DNA of 64,000 nucleotides from Podarcis cretensis (taxonomy: Eukaryota): NCBI GenBank assembly GCA_951804945.1, contig OX638153.1:15004001-15068000 (forward strand), given 5' to 3'. Within the stretch, counting starts at the first letter, position 1. Each line of letters starts with the position of its first letter. Position numbers and translations under genes: made by a program. The notes under the pieces are model-generated. The model worked only from the letters and a program-made list of their open reading frames with translations. It made no database searches and was not told the origin of the DNA. Below, one piece after another: positions 36,135 to 64,000 of the stretch.

Positions 36135-37475
36135 TAGACATTGTGCTCAGCTGCAAGAGCCAAGAATTTATCCTTATCATTCAATGTGAATGACATACAT
36201 GAATCCAGTGCGGGAAGCACAGCACTTGCTTCTCTCTTCAGCCACAGGGTTTTAGGTTTGTCGGTTCCATTTTTGATAGCACAACATTTCCCTCTGCATG
36301 GTGACACATTGGATGAAATATTATATAATCCATATTATATATTTACAAACAATGGTAAACTGACAAGTAAAAATACACAATAACTAAGGCTCCATGTATA
36401 AGCTTGGCTGAAATCACGTTCCCCCTCTTGGAGTGGGCACACTGAGTTACCCGAGGGTTCTTCCTGCCCCAATCAGCTGCTATATATATCCCTCAGTGAG
36501 CCTGGCACTTGTTGTGAGCAGCTGCTGGACCACTCTACATAAGGCATGTTGGGAGGGATGGGGCAGGACTGCTGTAGCGCGCCACTCACATAGTGGTTGT
36601 AATGAGGAAATGCTGAGATTAAAGAGTTGGCTGGAGACCCACGACCTGCAGAATTTGAGGCAAAATGAGTGATTTGAACTGACAACACAGATTTGTAGTC
36701 CATCTCATTCAGCCTTGTTAAGATGAAAACGAATAGCCTATTTGAGATTGCTGAATCCCCTTTCCACCCCAGCTGAAAGTTAAGACTTCTGATTAGTTAC
36801 AAGTGAACACTGTTTCTTTATAATTCATGAATGAATGTGGCACCATCGTATCCCCCCCCCCCCCCGCTTTTACCTGACACGAGGGGGGAAATAGTAATCT
36901 CTCTCCCATGAGAACTTAACACAAGTTTCTGCTGCCTTGCTGACCATTTCCCTGCCCTCCTTCCCTTTCTGCTAGAATAGGGTTAATGAAATAACTAAGG
37001 CTGCAGTCAGATAAATGAAACTTGCTGTCCATTATTAGCAACATCACCCTAACAACCACATAAAGGGTACAATATTAAGACATTCACTTGCTAGCATCCT
37101 GAGTGTTTTGGACATAAATAGGGAATGTCCCAGTAGCCTACACAGTTGCATGCTTTTGTTTTTCTGTGGAGTCTACTCTGGGCTTTCTGGCACGGGGGAA
37201 ATATAGCACAGAAGCATTCCTGTGTCAGCCACTCTAAATTTTTTAGATAGAGGGCCATGACCGCACAGTGGCTTGTGCCATTTTGTTCTCTGGGTATCTC
37301 TCCAATGTAACAAACCATCAATAGGTGAAAGTGCATGGTCTATAATCAGGCTAGCACACTTCCTGCTCCTGCCTCCAGTTTCCTTTCATAGAGAAGAGAT
37401 GGCAGCAGTGTGTGTTTTTCCCCAGTGGCTCCCACATCCAGATGTTGGGCAGCACTGACGCCAGCACCCTTGACT

Positions 37476-64000
<26,525 letters not shown>

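Overview
Vertebrate genomic DNA, most likely a squamate reptile; the Sauria SINE and Squam-type SINEs suggest a lacertid lizard. The window holds the 3' parts of two convergent genes. ZSWIM8 (+ strand) is the Cullin-RING ligase substrate receptor for target-directed microRNA degradation; 19 coding exons run from 4655 to the stop at 32966 and splice into one open frame of about 1,519 aa, with the 5' exons outside the window. NDST2 (- strand) is a heparan sulfate N-deacetylase/N-sulfotransferase; 13 coding exons run from the window end to the stop at 37476. All introns I traced are GT-AG and the phases are consistent. The introns carry many transposon relics: two decayed DIRS-type retrotransposons, three young Sauria SINEs, a Squam3-like SINE, L1, L2 and CR1 fragments, and Tc1/mariner and hAT MITEs. 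I see no novel multi-gene system. The best leads are regulatory and all are inferences that need RNA data: (1) a 168-nt AG-free zone marking a probable poison exon in ZSWIM8; (2) an inverted SINE pair around an in-frame 558-nt four-exon block of NDST2 (circRNA or exon-skipping candidate); (3) interleaved convergent poly(A) signals; (4) an RFX/ETS motif cluster in an NDST2 intron; (5) an unusual hAT MITE dimer.
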